Positions 9,555 to 22,210 of a DNA stretch of 55,954 nt are shown here, piece by piece. The notes under the pieces are model-generated. The model was not told the DNA's origin, did no database searches, and worked only from the letters and a program-made list of their open reading frames with translations. Numbering within the stretch: the first letter of the stretch is position 1; each line of letters opens with the position of its first letter. Source of the DNA: Octopus bimaculoides (Eukaryota); NCBI RefSeq assembly GCF_001194135.2, contig NC_068982.1, forward strand, positions 129,938,071 through 129,994,024. Direction: 5' to 3'. A program made the position numbers and the translations under genes.

Positions 9555-12500
9555 CCTATGTACTTTTAATTCTTATATTTCAAGCAGTATGTATTTTGCT
9601 CATCTTTAGGTATCAAATTTATACTACGTACAGTTGTATGCACTGAAAAAGGAAGCACTCAACCCAAATTCTTACTGTAAACTAAGACAGCTTAATTTGC
9701 CTTTACTGTACTGACGTCTTTCGACAGTGCAGTTTCTCACCAGTTTTCTCGAATTCTGCTATATATAAAGAGACAACAAAGATAATGTTAACAGTCTGGA
9801 ACATATTCAAATAAATTGTCATAGAAGTGTGGACATTAAATGGGTTATTTTTGCACTGTCGCTTCGCCAATGTTTACATTGTATTCTCGTGTCACATATC
9901 CAATTTGACCAAAATTCCTTCTTTAAGATATTTTCTGATAATGACGAAATCATTATGGAGACAAGTTAATGGCTTTCAAACAATGTTAGTAACGAATTCC
10001 AAGAATGTGTCCGAGCAGACGCTCACAGGTCTTCTGTAAATTCTCCTCAGACTCTTGCTTCTTAAGCTTTTCTTAAGTTTGTTGGTTGAGTTGATGCAGT
10101 ATGACCAAGTATCAAAAAAGTTCGCATCTCAATCACAAGGTTCTGGGTTCGATCTTAATGACTGACTTCTTGGGCAAGCGTCTTTTACTATAGCCTGGAG
10201 TCGATCCAGGCCCGGAATTTGTAGTGAAATTGGGATGAGGGAAACTCTGCAGATGCCTGTCGGGTAGATTGTGCTAGTAATTCAAACGTTCAGCTTTGTC
10301 ACACACTGTGTTGGACTGACTCAGTTCAAGAATCATTTCAAGGGCACACACGCCTGTACAATACCCCACTGACACATTCAATGAGCGGTAGTTCATTTGA
10401 TCGAACAACTAAATATTCATCACCCAAACCGACGGAAAACAATTGAAGTCAGCTGAGATATTTTGCTTAGATTTTTTTGTAATTTTTCCTATAGTTATAT
10501 TTGATGTAAATCTTTGCAAGCATACAAGCGAAATTTAAAGAATTGGGTTACCAAATAAAAATGATCCTTGATATATTATCAATTAATATAAGATGACCGA
10601 AGATGTACGTTTGATCACTCGACTGCTTAGATCAAATCGCCACACATATAGGGTTTCTTCTAACGATGCTCAAAAACCCCTTACATTTTATAAGAAAAAG
10701 AGCAGGATAGTTGTGAGAGGACTTTCTCAAAGGTGTTAGTGATATAAGTAAAGTTGAGTGTTTTCCATCGGGAATAGGAATGGTAACCGTGTTGTAGACT
10801 CGCATCTTTGGGAACTCCGTTCGTACTCTATAGCATTCACTACCTTGTGACACATTTCCCTTATTCGATACCACCCAGTAGCGATTAAATAACATTTTCT
10901 AAGTTTACACACACAAGCATGCAAAGAACAACTAAAGAAACACAGACAAGAAGCAAATGTATAGATACAGCCTTCTTCTTCCTACCATAAACAACAATCA
11001 AGAACTACAAAAAAAAAAAAAAAGGACAAAGAAAAAAGGGAAAAGATTTACGTAAAACTGAAGGTATCCTGATCTTGCTTGAGAATGCTATCATTCTTTC
11101 GAAGGAAATTCACCAAACATGAACTTCATACATAAAATTCCAATTTTACCAAAGTAAACTAAACCACACATTCTTCCTTTATGCCTATCAAAACAGACAG
11201 GTTGTTTAACAAAATAGTACACAATTTTCTTAGTTCTAGTTTAAACTTCTAACGGCAGTTTGACTGGTGAAAATGTCATATAAACCTCAGTGATTTGTGG
11301 ATTCATCGTTGGAGATTTTATGAAAGGTACATGAGCCCGATCAAGCTCTTTCCCTTTCAGTCTATTTTGTTGCAGCACAAATCGAAAGTACGAGTTATGT
11401 CTTAAGCGGTAAACGAAACGTGATGCAGATTTGGCTCTCCCAGTAATTACCATAATTTCATAGAACTCGCACTTGAACTGATCAAAAGGACATAGTCAAT
11501 ATTTCAAGCCGAGAAAATTACAATTTAAGTATTTTATTTGTTTGTTTGTTTTTCAGTTTAACATAAGTAAAACAACTATATTAGTTATATTCCGTATGTT
11601 TTAATTCAATTCTGTTATCGATTTGGATTTTCAATTCAGTTTTACCATTTTCAGTTCAATTCAATCCCGATTTCACAAAAAGTTTTAATTCTTGTTTTAC
11701 ACACAAGGCGATGAAACCTTTGTTTTAAATTCAAACTAAAATTACAGCTAAAATATATCAATAAAATATAAATAAAAATAATAAATGAAAACGAAGTTAG
11801 ATCAAGTTTTATTTAATTTAACTAAAAATTTTGTTTTCTATTCGAATTTCACCCTAACTTTTGAAAACATACAGTTTAATCAGCTTCTAGATTTCAATTA
11901 AAATCTCAGAAACGAAACTGAAAACTGCAACACGAAAAGGTTTGAATCTCTATTCCTCGATTAAAACCATGTTGCTGTCAGCTAATAATGTTTCATGGTT
12001 GACACCTCAGTATTCCACTTATCTTTCATTTTCGATATCGTAAGACATTTGTTTCAATACACATATACATGAAGTTGTTCTCCACTGGCGAAATACAACA
12101 GCAATTAACATATTCATATTCGAATCCGTCAGAACATATTAAGATTGAATAAGTGTCATCGTCCTGATTCTCGTTGTTCAGCGTGCACTTGTTAATTTTA
12201 TGTCAGTTGGCAGATATCAGCATGCATCAGCAACTAATTTGTTTGCTGAAGTTATAAACAAGTGTCCAAAACTCTTCTTAGATTCAGTAGTCAGGGGTAG
12301 CTTTGCTTGAGGAGACACATTAAGGTCAAAAGACTGGATGTCCCAAAGTCCCCTTACCCTAATGAATCTCGTGTTATAAGCACGAATTCGTTTGAGAGAA
12401 GCTGTTCCCCGATGCCGAAATAGATCAGCGATTAGCATATTCATGTTCGAATCTCCCGGAACGTATTAAGAAAATGCATGTCATCGCTGATACATACATA

Positions 12501-12691
12501 CATACATACATACATACATACACGTACGCGTATATACATACACGTGCGCGTATATACATGCACACATATTTATACACATATGCACACACATACAATAACG
12601 AAGTCTACAATGGCATTCCAATGAACATAGTGGTCAATGGGATTTATTTTCATTTCTACTGTTTTGATTTTTATCCTTCTTTTCTTCTCAG

Positions 12692-12843
12692 GAAAGCCAA
12701 AAAACAAGGAGTTAGACTATTTGGAATTAGAAAAGTTGAAAAACGCATCTGCAGTACATAAACTACCAGTCACTTTATTTACGTTTATATGGCTATATTT
12801 GCTGATCGGGATCATATTGGATTACCACCTAAGACAACAATAG
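12692..12843 (+). CDS. Gene A coding exon 4: short stalk and GPI-signal-like hydrophobic tail
   Basis: Strong acceptor ccttcttttcttctcag|, phase 1. Translation: (G)KPKNKELDYLELEKLKNASAVHKLPVTLFTFIWLYLLIGIILDYHLRQQ*. Small residues N-A-S-A precede the hydrophobic stretch. Spliced CDS is 70+174+129+152 = 525 nt, 174 aa. Confidence 0.88.
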
Positions 12844-12866
12844 TTTGGTAAAGAAGGAGGAGGATA

Positions 12867-13015
12867 AATAAAATATATGAAGAAAGAGAGATACCCAACA
12901 TCTACCAAAGTAATAATCTTGAAGAAATCTATTCTATAATGGATTCCTATTCCTTGGTATGTTTTGCTTTCAGAAATAAGACTTCGCCACCGTTATTCAT
13001 TGCTAAAGAAATAAA
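12867..13015 (+). terminator. Candidate polyadenylation signals of gene A
   Basis: AATAAA at 12867-12872 and 13010-13015, downstream of the stop. Such hexamers are common in AT-rich DNA. Confidence 0.3.
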
Positions 13016-13174
13016 TGATGTCAAAATTGGTGGAAGTTTTATCTTATCTTTTATCTAGTTCTATATTTAAGAGATGAGGAATTATTTACATTATTTACAT
13101 TTGACAGATATTTGTCCTCATTTTGTTTGTTGTTAACACAACGTTTCGGCAGATATACACGCGCGCAAGCGCGA

Positions 13175-13340
13175 CTGGTTTTCACATACTTTCCATGAAG
13201 GAAATGCACTAAGAAGGCATTTGTCGGCCTTTGGCTATAATGGAAGATACTTGCTGAAGGTGCTGCGTTGTGGGACTGAACGCCAAACCACGTGGTTGCA
13301 AAGTGAGCTTCTTAACTGTACAGTCATGCTCATACTGCCA
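13175..13340 (-). mobile_element. SINE family 1, 5' portion
   Basis: Reverse complement of the tRNA-like head shared with 14218-14695 and 30040-30433. Confidence 0.6.
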
Positions 13341-13544
13341 AATTCCTAGAATTTGAGAACTGGGCAAAATAATTACCATACTAACTAAACCAGTATTTTT
13401 TAAACTTACCTTGAAAGATCATAAGAAAACCTCATCAACCTACCCTTGTTTCGTTACAACTTTCCATATGACTTCAATTATCACTGTATTCATAAACTTT
13501 ATCCCGACGAATACATGGTGTCTTCAACAATATCTTCTTTTACA

Positions 13545-13885
13545 AACACTAGGGTAAAGACCCCCTTCGGTCATGAATGACCATAAGATTGCACCAAGAA
13601 AGTTCCCCTCCAAAGTTGATTATGGCAAAGTTGGTTATGGAAGATCAGAAATCACCCATGCATATCAGCCGCCCCTCTCCACGCTAGCGATATTATCCAA
13701 GGGAAAGGCAAAAGCTGATACAACTTGCCACCAGTGACATCGCAACTCATTTCTACATCTGAGTGATCTGGAGCAGCGTGAAAAAAAGTGACTTGCTCAA
13801 GAACACAATATAGAGTTCGGTCGGGGAATCGAACTCACTACCTCAAACCTGTAAACCCAACGCTGTTACCGCTGATCCATGTACC
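13545..13885 (-). mobile_element. tRNA-derived SINE related to family 3
   Basis: The minus strand carries a B-box-like GAGTTCGATTCCC and the body TTCTTGAGCAAG..CACGCTGCTCCAG..CACTCAG shared with 17500-17815 and 35175-35436. Confidence 0.55.
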
Positions 13886-14217
13886 TAAGCAAAACATTCG
13901 GTTTAGCCACGCATTGTCTGCCGCTCTATGTTTAAATACCCTGTAAACAGTAAGATATTCTTAAAACGTCTCCTACCACGAATAAAGCACATTCATAAGA
14001 TCGCTATACCTTCCACTTAGTCCAGACAAACAAAAGGAGCATACTTTGATAGCATCATCATCAATAGTCTCATTAGCATCTTCTTCCTAGAGATTGAGCT
14101 GAGGTGCTCGCTCCATTTATAAGTACAAAGAAACAGAAACTATAGCTTTAAATTGAGACTACTCTTTTCATCAGCGGCCTCAGTCAGACCAATAACTTTG
14201 TAAGAAAATATCTAACT

Positions 14218-14379
14218 TGCACAGGTATGGCTGTGTGATAAGAAGCTTGCTTCCCAACCACATGGTTCTGGGTTCAGTCCCACTGCGTTGCGCCTTGGGC
14301 AAGTGTCTTCTACTGTAACCTCGGGCCGACCAAAGCTTTGTGAGTGGATTTGGCAGACGGAAACGGAAAGGAGCCTGTC

Positions 14380-14417
<38 letters not shown>

Positions 14418-14695
14418 NNNNNNNNNNNNNNNNNNNNNNNNNNNNNNNNNNNNNNNNNNNNNNNNNNNNNNNNNNNNNNNNNNNNNNNNNNNNNNNNNNN
14501 NNNNNCCCCCCCCCATCACCGTTTGACAACCGGTGTGTTTAAGTCCCCGTAACGTAGCGGTTCGGCAAAAGTGACCGATAGGATAAGTACTAGGCTTACA
14601 AAAAATAAGTCTTGGGGTCGATTTCTTCGACTGAAACCCTTTAAGGTGCTACTCCAGAATGGCCGCAGTCAACTGACTGAAACAAATAAAAGAAT
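14218..14695 (+). mobile_element. SINE family 1, full length, with an internal (TA)n and N gap
   Basis: Head TGGCTGTGTG..GGTTCAGTCCC (Pol III A/B-box-like), body GGGCAAGTGTCTTCTACT..GGGCCGACCAAAGC, tail ATGGCCGCAGTCAACTGACTGAAACAAATAAAAG. Colinear with 30040-30433. Confidence 0.8.
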
Positions 14696-15696
14696 GGAAA
14701 TTAACGCAATATGTCTGGATTGTCACACTGGATTGTCACACTTACATAAACCACTGCATGTTGGAGTGTATAACAGACGTATCATCTTGATATGTAGATC
14801 GTACTTAGTTGTTTGACCGATTCCCTACTTAAACATAGCTTTGATCAGGGATGGTCGGTGATCAACAACAGTTCATAGAACATTAGAAAATAAAAGTACT
14901 GCTTTAACACATCAACTGGTTAGTAAAGCATTGCTCCAGTTCATAGATCACTGAGAAGCTACCGAAGACAGAGGGTATGAGACATCCTATTTCAAGTAAT
15001 GGGTTATATCTAATTCTTTTGTGGTGTGTTTGCATATAAGTTTACAAATTGGTCAGAGGTAAAATGAAGTGTTTGGGGCTTCCGAAGGACATTTGTGTGT
15101 GATTCAAGGGTACTGAGATAACTCCATTCTACAACTTGGCATACACACACACACACACATTCATTCACATATACACACACACTCATTCACATATACACAC
15201 ACACTCCCTGTGTGTGTGTGTGTGCATATGTGTGTGTGTGTGTGTGTGTGCGGGCGCGTGTGTGTGTTAGAAATTCTTAGTATTTACCATAATAACTTTG
15301 AGAGGGTCTGATGAAAGGATAATTTATTTCATTAACCGATTACTTAATTGATTATTGTTTGGATTTACAGGGTTTTTAAGTACTAACCAATGTGTAAGGT
15401 GATGAAATGATCTGTCTAGCTATCGAAACGATCGAAACCTTAATTAAAATTATATAACATTATTGTTTTCATACTTTCGTTTACTTACTTTTATATTCTG
15501 TGATAAATGCACCAACTGACTGGTTGGTGAATTTCCTCAGATTTACAGTTGGAAACCAAAATTAAAAATAAAAAGCAGTGTCCTCTCCTTTCCTCAGGAA
15601 GATTTATATCATTTATATCTGTTAATAAATAAATAAAGAGATAAAAAAAAACATCTTCTTACTCATTTCTGTATAGTTATTAAGATATATTGCCAG

Positions 15697-15922
15697 GGCG
15701 GTGAGCTGGCAGAATCGTTAGCACGCCGCGCGAAATACTTAGCGGTATTCCGTCTGCCGCAACGTTCTGAGTTCAAATTCCGCCGAGGTCGACTTCGACT
15801 TCGACTTTGCCTTTCATTCTTCTGGGGTTGATGAAATAAGTACCAGTTATGCACTGGGGTCGACATAATCGACTCGTCCCCTTTCCCACCAAAATTTTCG
15901 AGGTCTTGTGTCTAGAGTAGAA
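15697..15922 (+). mobile_element. SINE family 2, near full length
   Basis: GGCGGTGAGCTGGCAGAATCGTTAGCACGCC..GTTCTGAGTTCAAATTCCGCCGAGGTCGAC..CTAGAGTAGAAA. Confidence 0.8.
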
Positions 15923-16667
15923 ATAATTATTAAGGTATATGACTGAAACAACGAAGAGTATATTCCACATAATAGCCGATATAATGTTGATTTCACAAGT
16001 CATGCTCACATCGTATATACAGAGGGGGAGAGAATAGAAGAGACCTACAACGAGAAAGTTAACATAAGGGGAAGATATATGATGAAATCTTTTGTAGTCA
16101 TGACCATCCTGTCTTTTTGTATAAATAGGATTACATTATATTATGTTTCCTTCCTTTTTTTTTTAGATACGCAAAGATGTGACTTGAAGTTTTGACAGAT
16201 ATTTCTAGCATAGAGCCGGAAATCGGCGTCCACGATCGAAATTACGTTTGCATTCAAAATTGCAACACAGATGTTCTACCACAGTTTCCTATAAAACTGT
16301 AATTCGCTCCTGATAAAAAAAAAAAAATAAATAAATAAGTAAATAAAAAACAAATTTCCCCTATCTTGGTTGTCGAAGGCTTCCTAGTTGGTGTCATGAC
16401 AGAGTGCTGATCTGAAGTGAATGTCTTGCAGTTCTTTTTCTTATTTCCTTGTACGTTTAAACTTCGCTAAGGTTATCTCTGTCTTTCACCTCATCGGCAG
16501 AGTCTGTACAATATGCTCTAGGAATGTAATGTAAGTCGAATATCAAATACTAAATGCCACAAATGTAGTGTTGTGTTACTTGAAAGAAATCATTATTAGC
16601 TCTAACCACTTCAAAGGCAACTAAGTATTTGAGTTCATTTATGCTACTCTTTTTTATAGTCCTGAAT

Positions 16668-16850
16668 GGTAGATTGGCGGAATCAGCAAAGCGTTGTATA
16701 AAATACTTTGTTATGTTTGCTTTGGCTCTTAACGTTCTGAGTTCAAATCCCACCGAGGTTCACCTTGTCTTTCGTCCCTTTCGGGGTCGATAACAAAGTA
16801 TCAGGGCCAACGGTATCGAATTATCCTCGACCTTGTGTCTAAATCAGAAA
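16668..16850 (+). mobile_element. SINE family 2, diverged copy
   Basis: Same core (ACGTTCTGAGTTCAAATCCCACCGAGG..TTTCGGGGTCGATAA). Confidence 0.6.
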
Positions 16851-16899
16851 CAATATTTGCATCAGCGTTTGGGGAAAAATTATGTTTTTTTTTTTTTTC

Positions 16900-17103
16900 A
16901 CTCCAGGAACAAGGCTCGAAATTTTGAGGAGAGGGCCAGTCGATTAGATCGACTCCAGTACGCAAATAGCACTTAATTTATCGACCCCGAAAGGGATGAA
17001 AGGCAAAGTTGACATCGGAGAAATTTGAACTCGGAACGTAAAGACATACGAAATACCACTAAGCAGTTCGACCGGCGTGCTAACATCTCTGCCAGCTCGC
17101 CGT
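16900..17103 (-). mobile_element. SINE family 2, inverted copy
   Basis: Reverse complement of the family core, ending CTGCCAGCTCGCCG on the plus strand. Confidence 0.75.
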
Positions 17104-17499
17104 TTTGAAATTATGGTGATTTTATTAAATAAATGTGGAAAAAAATACTAGTTTTCAGTGACCTGCAGTTTCAATCCAGTTTAGATCCCAGTTGTAAGGA
17201 TGTCACATATTATAACATCGCTAATGTGTAGATAATGCATGAATATTATGGCATCCAACTTCTATAGTCTTAAGAAACAGATGTCCTGTGTTAATTTTAA
17301 AAGTCTGTAAAAGTAACCGAGCATAAATGAAACAGAGTGATATCTAATTAACAGTGTAGTCGATTAGGTAAATCAATTGGAAGAGGCGGGGAGGAGGATG
17401 AGATTGGATGATGCATTTGATTTTCTCAAAATGTATTAGTGATGTAAGGGAAAGGAAATGGTTGCAGACTGGAATCAAATACAAGAACTTATCTCTAAC

Positions 17500-17815
17500 T
17501 GGTACTCTGTCAGTTTCGACGACGAGTGTCTCAGCTGAACCGAACAACGGAATAGCCTGCTCGCGAAATTAACGTGTAACTGAGCACTTCACAGACACGC
17601 CTACGTTTAACGTAGTTTTCAGGGAGATTCAGCGTGACACAGAATGTGACAAGGCTGGCCCATTCGAATACAGGTACTACTCATTTTCGCCAGCTGAGTG
17701 GACTGGAGCAACGAGAAATAAGTGTCTTGTGCAAGAATACAACACACCGCCTAGAATCAAACTCATGGCTTTACAATCGTGTGCCGAATATCCGAATACG
17801 TCAGGCGCCTTCACT
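17500..17815 (-). mobile_element. SINE family 3-related, diverged
   Basis: Shares the tail AACGGAATAGCCTGCTCG..GGGAGATTCAGCGTGACACAG with 26593-26938 and 28834-29224. Confidence 0.65.
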
Positions 17816-18081
17816 AAGAACTAGTTTCAACTCTCAAGGTGAAGCTAAATATTTTTGAAGGTATTGTCAAAGGAGAAAGAGTAGCTCCGTGATACTTTTC
17901 AGGGCCTCTAAGATTGGTAGGAGGGAAGGAAGTTATTCTCAGACCGAAGTCCTTGCTCGAATTCTTGTAATAAAGTGAACTCCTCTGAAGGTAAAGAAGG
18001 ATCAATTAGTGTTCTTAAACTGGGCTATGATTTATAGCAGTTTACGTTTATTTCACTCCTAGTTTTGATGGACGCAACAAT

Positions 18082-18234
18082 CAGTAGCCTTACTAGCGAG
18101 GGCGATGTGGGATAGTCCACCCCGGGTGACACTTTTATGTGGGATGCACTTTTGATGCTGTATAAACCTGTATTGGAGGCGGGGTGGTAAATTCAAGGGC
18201 TGCCTCAGCTGGCACACACTCTAGCTACACTATT
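18082..18234. mobile_element. Degenerate MITE resembling the 9419-9554 type
   Basis: Ends CAGTAGCCTTACTAG...CTAGCTACACTATT are imperfect inverted repeats. No target-site duplication is recognisable. Confidence 0.35.
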
Positions 18235-18293
18235 AGCAAGGCTACACCACTTACGTTATTACCACAGTCGAGAAAGGCATGAAGAGACACAAT

Positions 18294-18317
18294 TTTATTC
18301 TACTCAAAATATTTATT
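18294..18317 (-). terminator. Candidate polyadenylation signals of gene B
   Basis: Two minus-strand AATAAA (plus-strand TTTATT at 18294-18299 and 18312-18317), about 570-590 nt past the stop. Confidence 0.3.
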
Positions 18318-18706
18318 GCTTAAATCAGAAATCAGTTTGTCTTAGAATTGGTTGAGCTCCAGAAGGCAACAGATAAGATCTTGATGTGCCGAGACTGAGA
18401 AGCCAGTTTCGATTCTTGATTGAAGCAATTACACTTCATTTCCACTGTTAATGTATAAGGCATTTTAGTCTAGTCGCAAGAAACCAATATTTTGTCAGTT
18501 TTCGGTGCTGAGTTAAAATACTCTTACTGGGCTAAATATTCGTTATGACTTCAACTTCAACCTCAGCAACTGGAATAATGTTACTGGTAATCAGTTTAGT
18601 TCCATTAGTAATGTGTGAAACTGGTTAAGTGGTATACATGAGTGAGCGTAAAATTTTCAAATTAGTCCAGCTTTGCAGCCGAGCAGGTTCTACCACACAC
18701 ACACGC

Positions 18707-18752
<46 letters not shown>

Positions 18753-18887
18753 TCTAAAAGCGAGCGAAAAGTACACTAGAAACAACTTACCCCATTCTCA
18801 CTACACGAAAGGAAAAAAAAATGAATTAGAAAAAGCCCCTTTTTACAATTAACAACTGCTTGGGTTAAAGATTAGACTGATTTTAAA

Positions 18888-19318
18888 TTAGTAGTTTTTA
18901 AATAACTGAAGTCTCACACAGAGAGATACCATCAATGTGACATAAACTAATAATAGCGAAGGTAAACATTGACGAGACATCGATTCTGTGCAAGATTCCG
19001 AACCGTTTATGCCTCTAGTCGTTCTTTCAGATTCCCAAGCGATCTTATTCACTACAAAAGTACTGGAGCTACTGTTTGATATGGGAATGTTCAAATATGC
19101 TTCTGGACCACCTGAAAGGTTTTTGTGATCTTTTAGTTGTGATGGTACTCGTTTCAAAAACCATTGGGGTTTTACTGGATGTGTAGTTCGGGTTATGTAA
19201 TTGTTTCTCTCTGTTGGTTCATTGGCTTTGTTATTTGGAAACGGCAGCACTTTACTTTCTTCCGTTCTTTTCGGAATTATTTCTTCCTCCTCCTCAGTAG
19301 GAGGATTTCTTAGCTCAT
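18888..19318 (-). CDS. Gene B (Ly6/uPAR three-finger, quiver-like) coding exon 4: long stalk and hydrophobic C-terminal tail
   Basis: Acceptor tattctttttttcag|, phase 1, 431 nt, open to the stop. Translation: (D)ELRNPPTEEEEEIIPKR...INGSESCTESMSRQCLPSLLLVYVTLMVSLCVRLQLFKNY*. Spliced CDS is 79+153+129+431 = 792 nt, 263 aa. Confidence 0.88.
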
Positions 19319-22210
19319 CTGAAAAAAAGAATAGAAATTCAGAATAATTATGTAAAATGTTGACAATCTCCAGAACAAATTTACAAATGATGCAGAACAA
19401 CAGAGAATGTGTTAAAGCAAACTGTTTCGGAAAATTTATATAATCTTATTAGAATTTATTTCCATTTCATTAGCCCGGTCGGTACGTGGTTTCAGTTCGC
19501 TTTTAAAATCTTTTCACTCCAATGACATGCTTAGGAAAGTTGTGAATGTCATAACAGCTCAGTTCTTCTTGAAAACAAAGGACCTTGTTCCTTATCAAAA
19601 CGGCTCCAATGTTAAACTAAAAGTAAGTTAAGAATGCGATCCAGTTTCGATTCTCGTTCTAATCATTTAGCTTCATTAATGTACGAATGCCATGAATAAT
19701 TCTTCCCATATTCCCCGACAAGTTTTTGGTTTTGGCTTTATAAAAGAACTCCACATTGTTTGTAACTAAACATTGTAAATTCTATCACATATTATAAAGT
19801 ATTATATCAATCACCTGAAGGACAGTCAGATGGCTAAATCAGGATTAAATTACTTTCTTCAAAGAAATATCCTAACCTAAACATAAAATCTCATCTCCCT
19901 TCATAACACACAAACATATTTCACGAATTATATTAAATGACTATTTATATTTTCACTTCATGTTTTACGTTAAATCTTACAGTGATTTGTTTCGTTGTTC
20001 ATTCGCTGATAGAATAAATAAATCCTTGCCTGGCATGTATAAAAGTCATTCCAGTCAACTATATTTCTTCCCTACAAATCAGCAACCTTGAGCCAAGACT
20101 AGATTAACTGGTGTTCTTAGCATTGTCCAACAATGATGCAATATCGACCCTAACATTTGTCCACCTGACAAGACGTTAAGTCATAATAAGTGCTTAGTGG
20201 TAAATAATAGATTTAAAAATTCACCTTACGGCGATGCACCACAACTTTATTATTAAATAAAACCAATTTTTCTTGTTTTAATTTTATTAATTAAACTAAA
20301 TAACACTAAATAATAAAAGCAAATTATTTACTTATTACTAGGTCAACAGCTAAAATGCCAATTTTCAACACATTTTATTCAATAGAGAAAATAAACAATT
20401 TAATATGGAAAGATCGGCATTAGAAAAGAAAACTATGCGAGGCTCCCCACACCCTCGCTTTCCTTGATGTCTTGAGCACGTGCTTTCACCCGGTTTTATG
20501 TGGGTATAATAACCATTTAAATATAATATTTCAAAACATTTTAACAAACATTTTTCAGTAATACATATACGTACACAAGCATACCCGTGTCTTCAAGAAT
20601 ACTGACAATCTTATTAATGATACAAAATAGTATATCAACACAATGGGAGAAACCATTGATAAATGTCAGCAATTTAGTAAATATATGTGCATACACAGAA
20701 CTAATGCACTTGAAGAATCAGATACGGTTGTAACGCCTTTTTTTTTTTTTTTACATAAATTTTGAGAGCGATCGGGTTCATTTTTAGTATTCTCGTTTGT
20801 GAGAGCAGTCGAGTTTATTTCAGATAATCTCATTTTAAGAATCATCTCTGGCTAATCGTTGAAAGGACGTTGGTGTTGCTTTGGCGGAGGTTTGCGCTTT
20901 CTGCGTGCTCTTGTTTTATTATTGTTATTGGTATTGTTGATGTTGATGTTCTCACCATCATCATTATTGTTTTAGTCTCACCAATTATTCCATAAATTTA
21001 TTTTAATGCTTTTAAATTTTAGTTTGCTTTAATGCCAAAGTTNNNNNNNNNNNNNNNNNNNNNNNNNNNNNNNNNNNNNNNNNNNNNNNNNNNNNNNNNN
21101 NNNNNNNNNNNNNNNNNNNNNNNNNNNNNNNNNNNNNNNNNNNNNNNNNNNNNNNNNNNNNNNNNNNNNNNNNNNNNNNNNNNNNNNNNNNNNNNNNNNN
21201 NNNNNNNNNNNNNNNNNNNNNNNNNNNNNNNNNNNNNNNTATATATATATATATATTCGAAGTAGCTGTGGGGAAAAAATTGCGAAACATTGTCCTTGAT
21301 CAGAGGTGTTCTTAAAAAACAACATATTAGATAAAACAGTTCGAAGTAGATTATTCCCGAAAATACGAGATGGTTATAGATGGAAGTCTTCGATCATATG
21401 TCTGCTTGGTCAAGGTCGACCTTGGGCTAAATAAAAACAACAATATTGTAATATTCTGACGGGCCAATGAGGGAATTTCTATGCGATCACTCGACTTGTT
21501 ATAAATTGCTAAATATCCCTCTAATGATACCCTTAGGTGAAAAAGAACATGCTTGACAATAGAGTCAATGATATTGAAAATGACAGGATGGTCACAGATG
21601 GAATGACTCCGATTATAAGTTTGCTTAATCAGAGCTGATCAGAGGCTAAGCAACGTCATATGAAACTCACCAGGTCATGTGGTATTTCCTGTAAATTGAT
21701 GCGTTTCGTGCCGCTACGCAGAAAAAACCCCCTTTATTCAGCATTGACGGTAAGCTAATGAATTGCTTACTAATTACATAATGGATGAGCAGACTCAGTA
21801 GAGTGACGAACAAAACAACGTCATGTTTAATTACTTAACTTTACGTTTTAAGTTGAAATTATACTGGAGTCATTTTTGTCTTTTATCCTTCAGTGGTCCA
21901 TAAAAATTAGCACCAACAGAATACTGGAATCAACACAATCGACAAAACCATGCCCGATTATTTTAGACGTCTCGAAATCAATTTTACATTAATTGATTTG
22001 CTCAGACCATTATACTATATATCCCAGTAGTACCTTTGTACTATTGACTGATTTGACTAACTGTATGTGTAAGTGTTTTAACACAATTGCTCGTGGCCGA
22101 ATATAAACCATCGATGTTTCAATCAGTAGGCTTTCTATTCGATCAGCAGACACTGTCACATGATTTATATACTCTGTCAGACTCTATGCGATATTTAAAA
22201 AAAAACTTAC

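Noticed and set aside
11520-11940. AT-rich block with TTTCAGTTT / AAACTGAAA ends suggesting a fold-back element
   Set aside because: The inverted similarity is too weak for such low-complexity sequence, and no target-site duplication is visible.
14218-14300. tRNA-like A/B boxes here and in other SINE heads
   Set aside because: They continue into SINE bodies and do not form complete cloverleaves, so they are not called tRNA genes.
21670-21688. Possible minus-strand micro-exon in gene B intron 3 (tttacag|..|gtgag)
   Set aside because: It would introduce an in-frame TGA in the phase-1 frame, and exons 3 and 4 already join cleanly.
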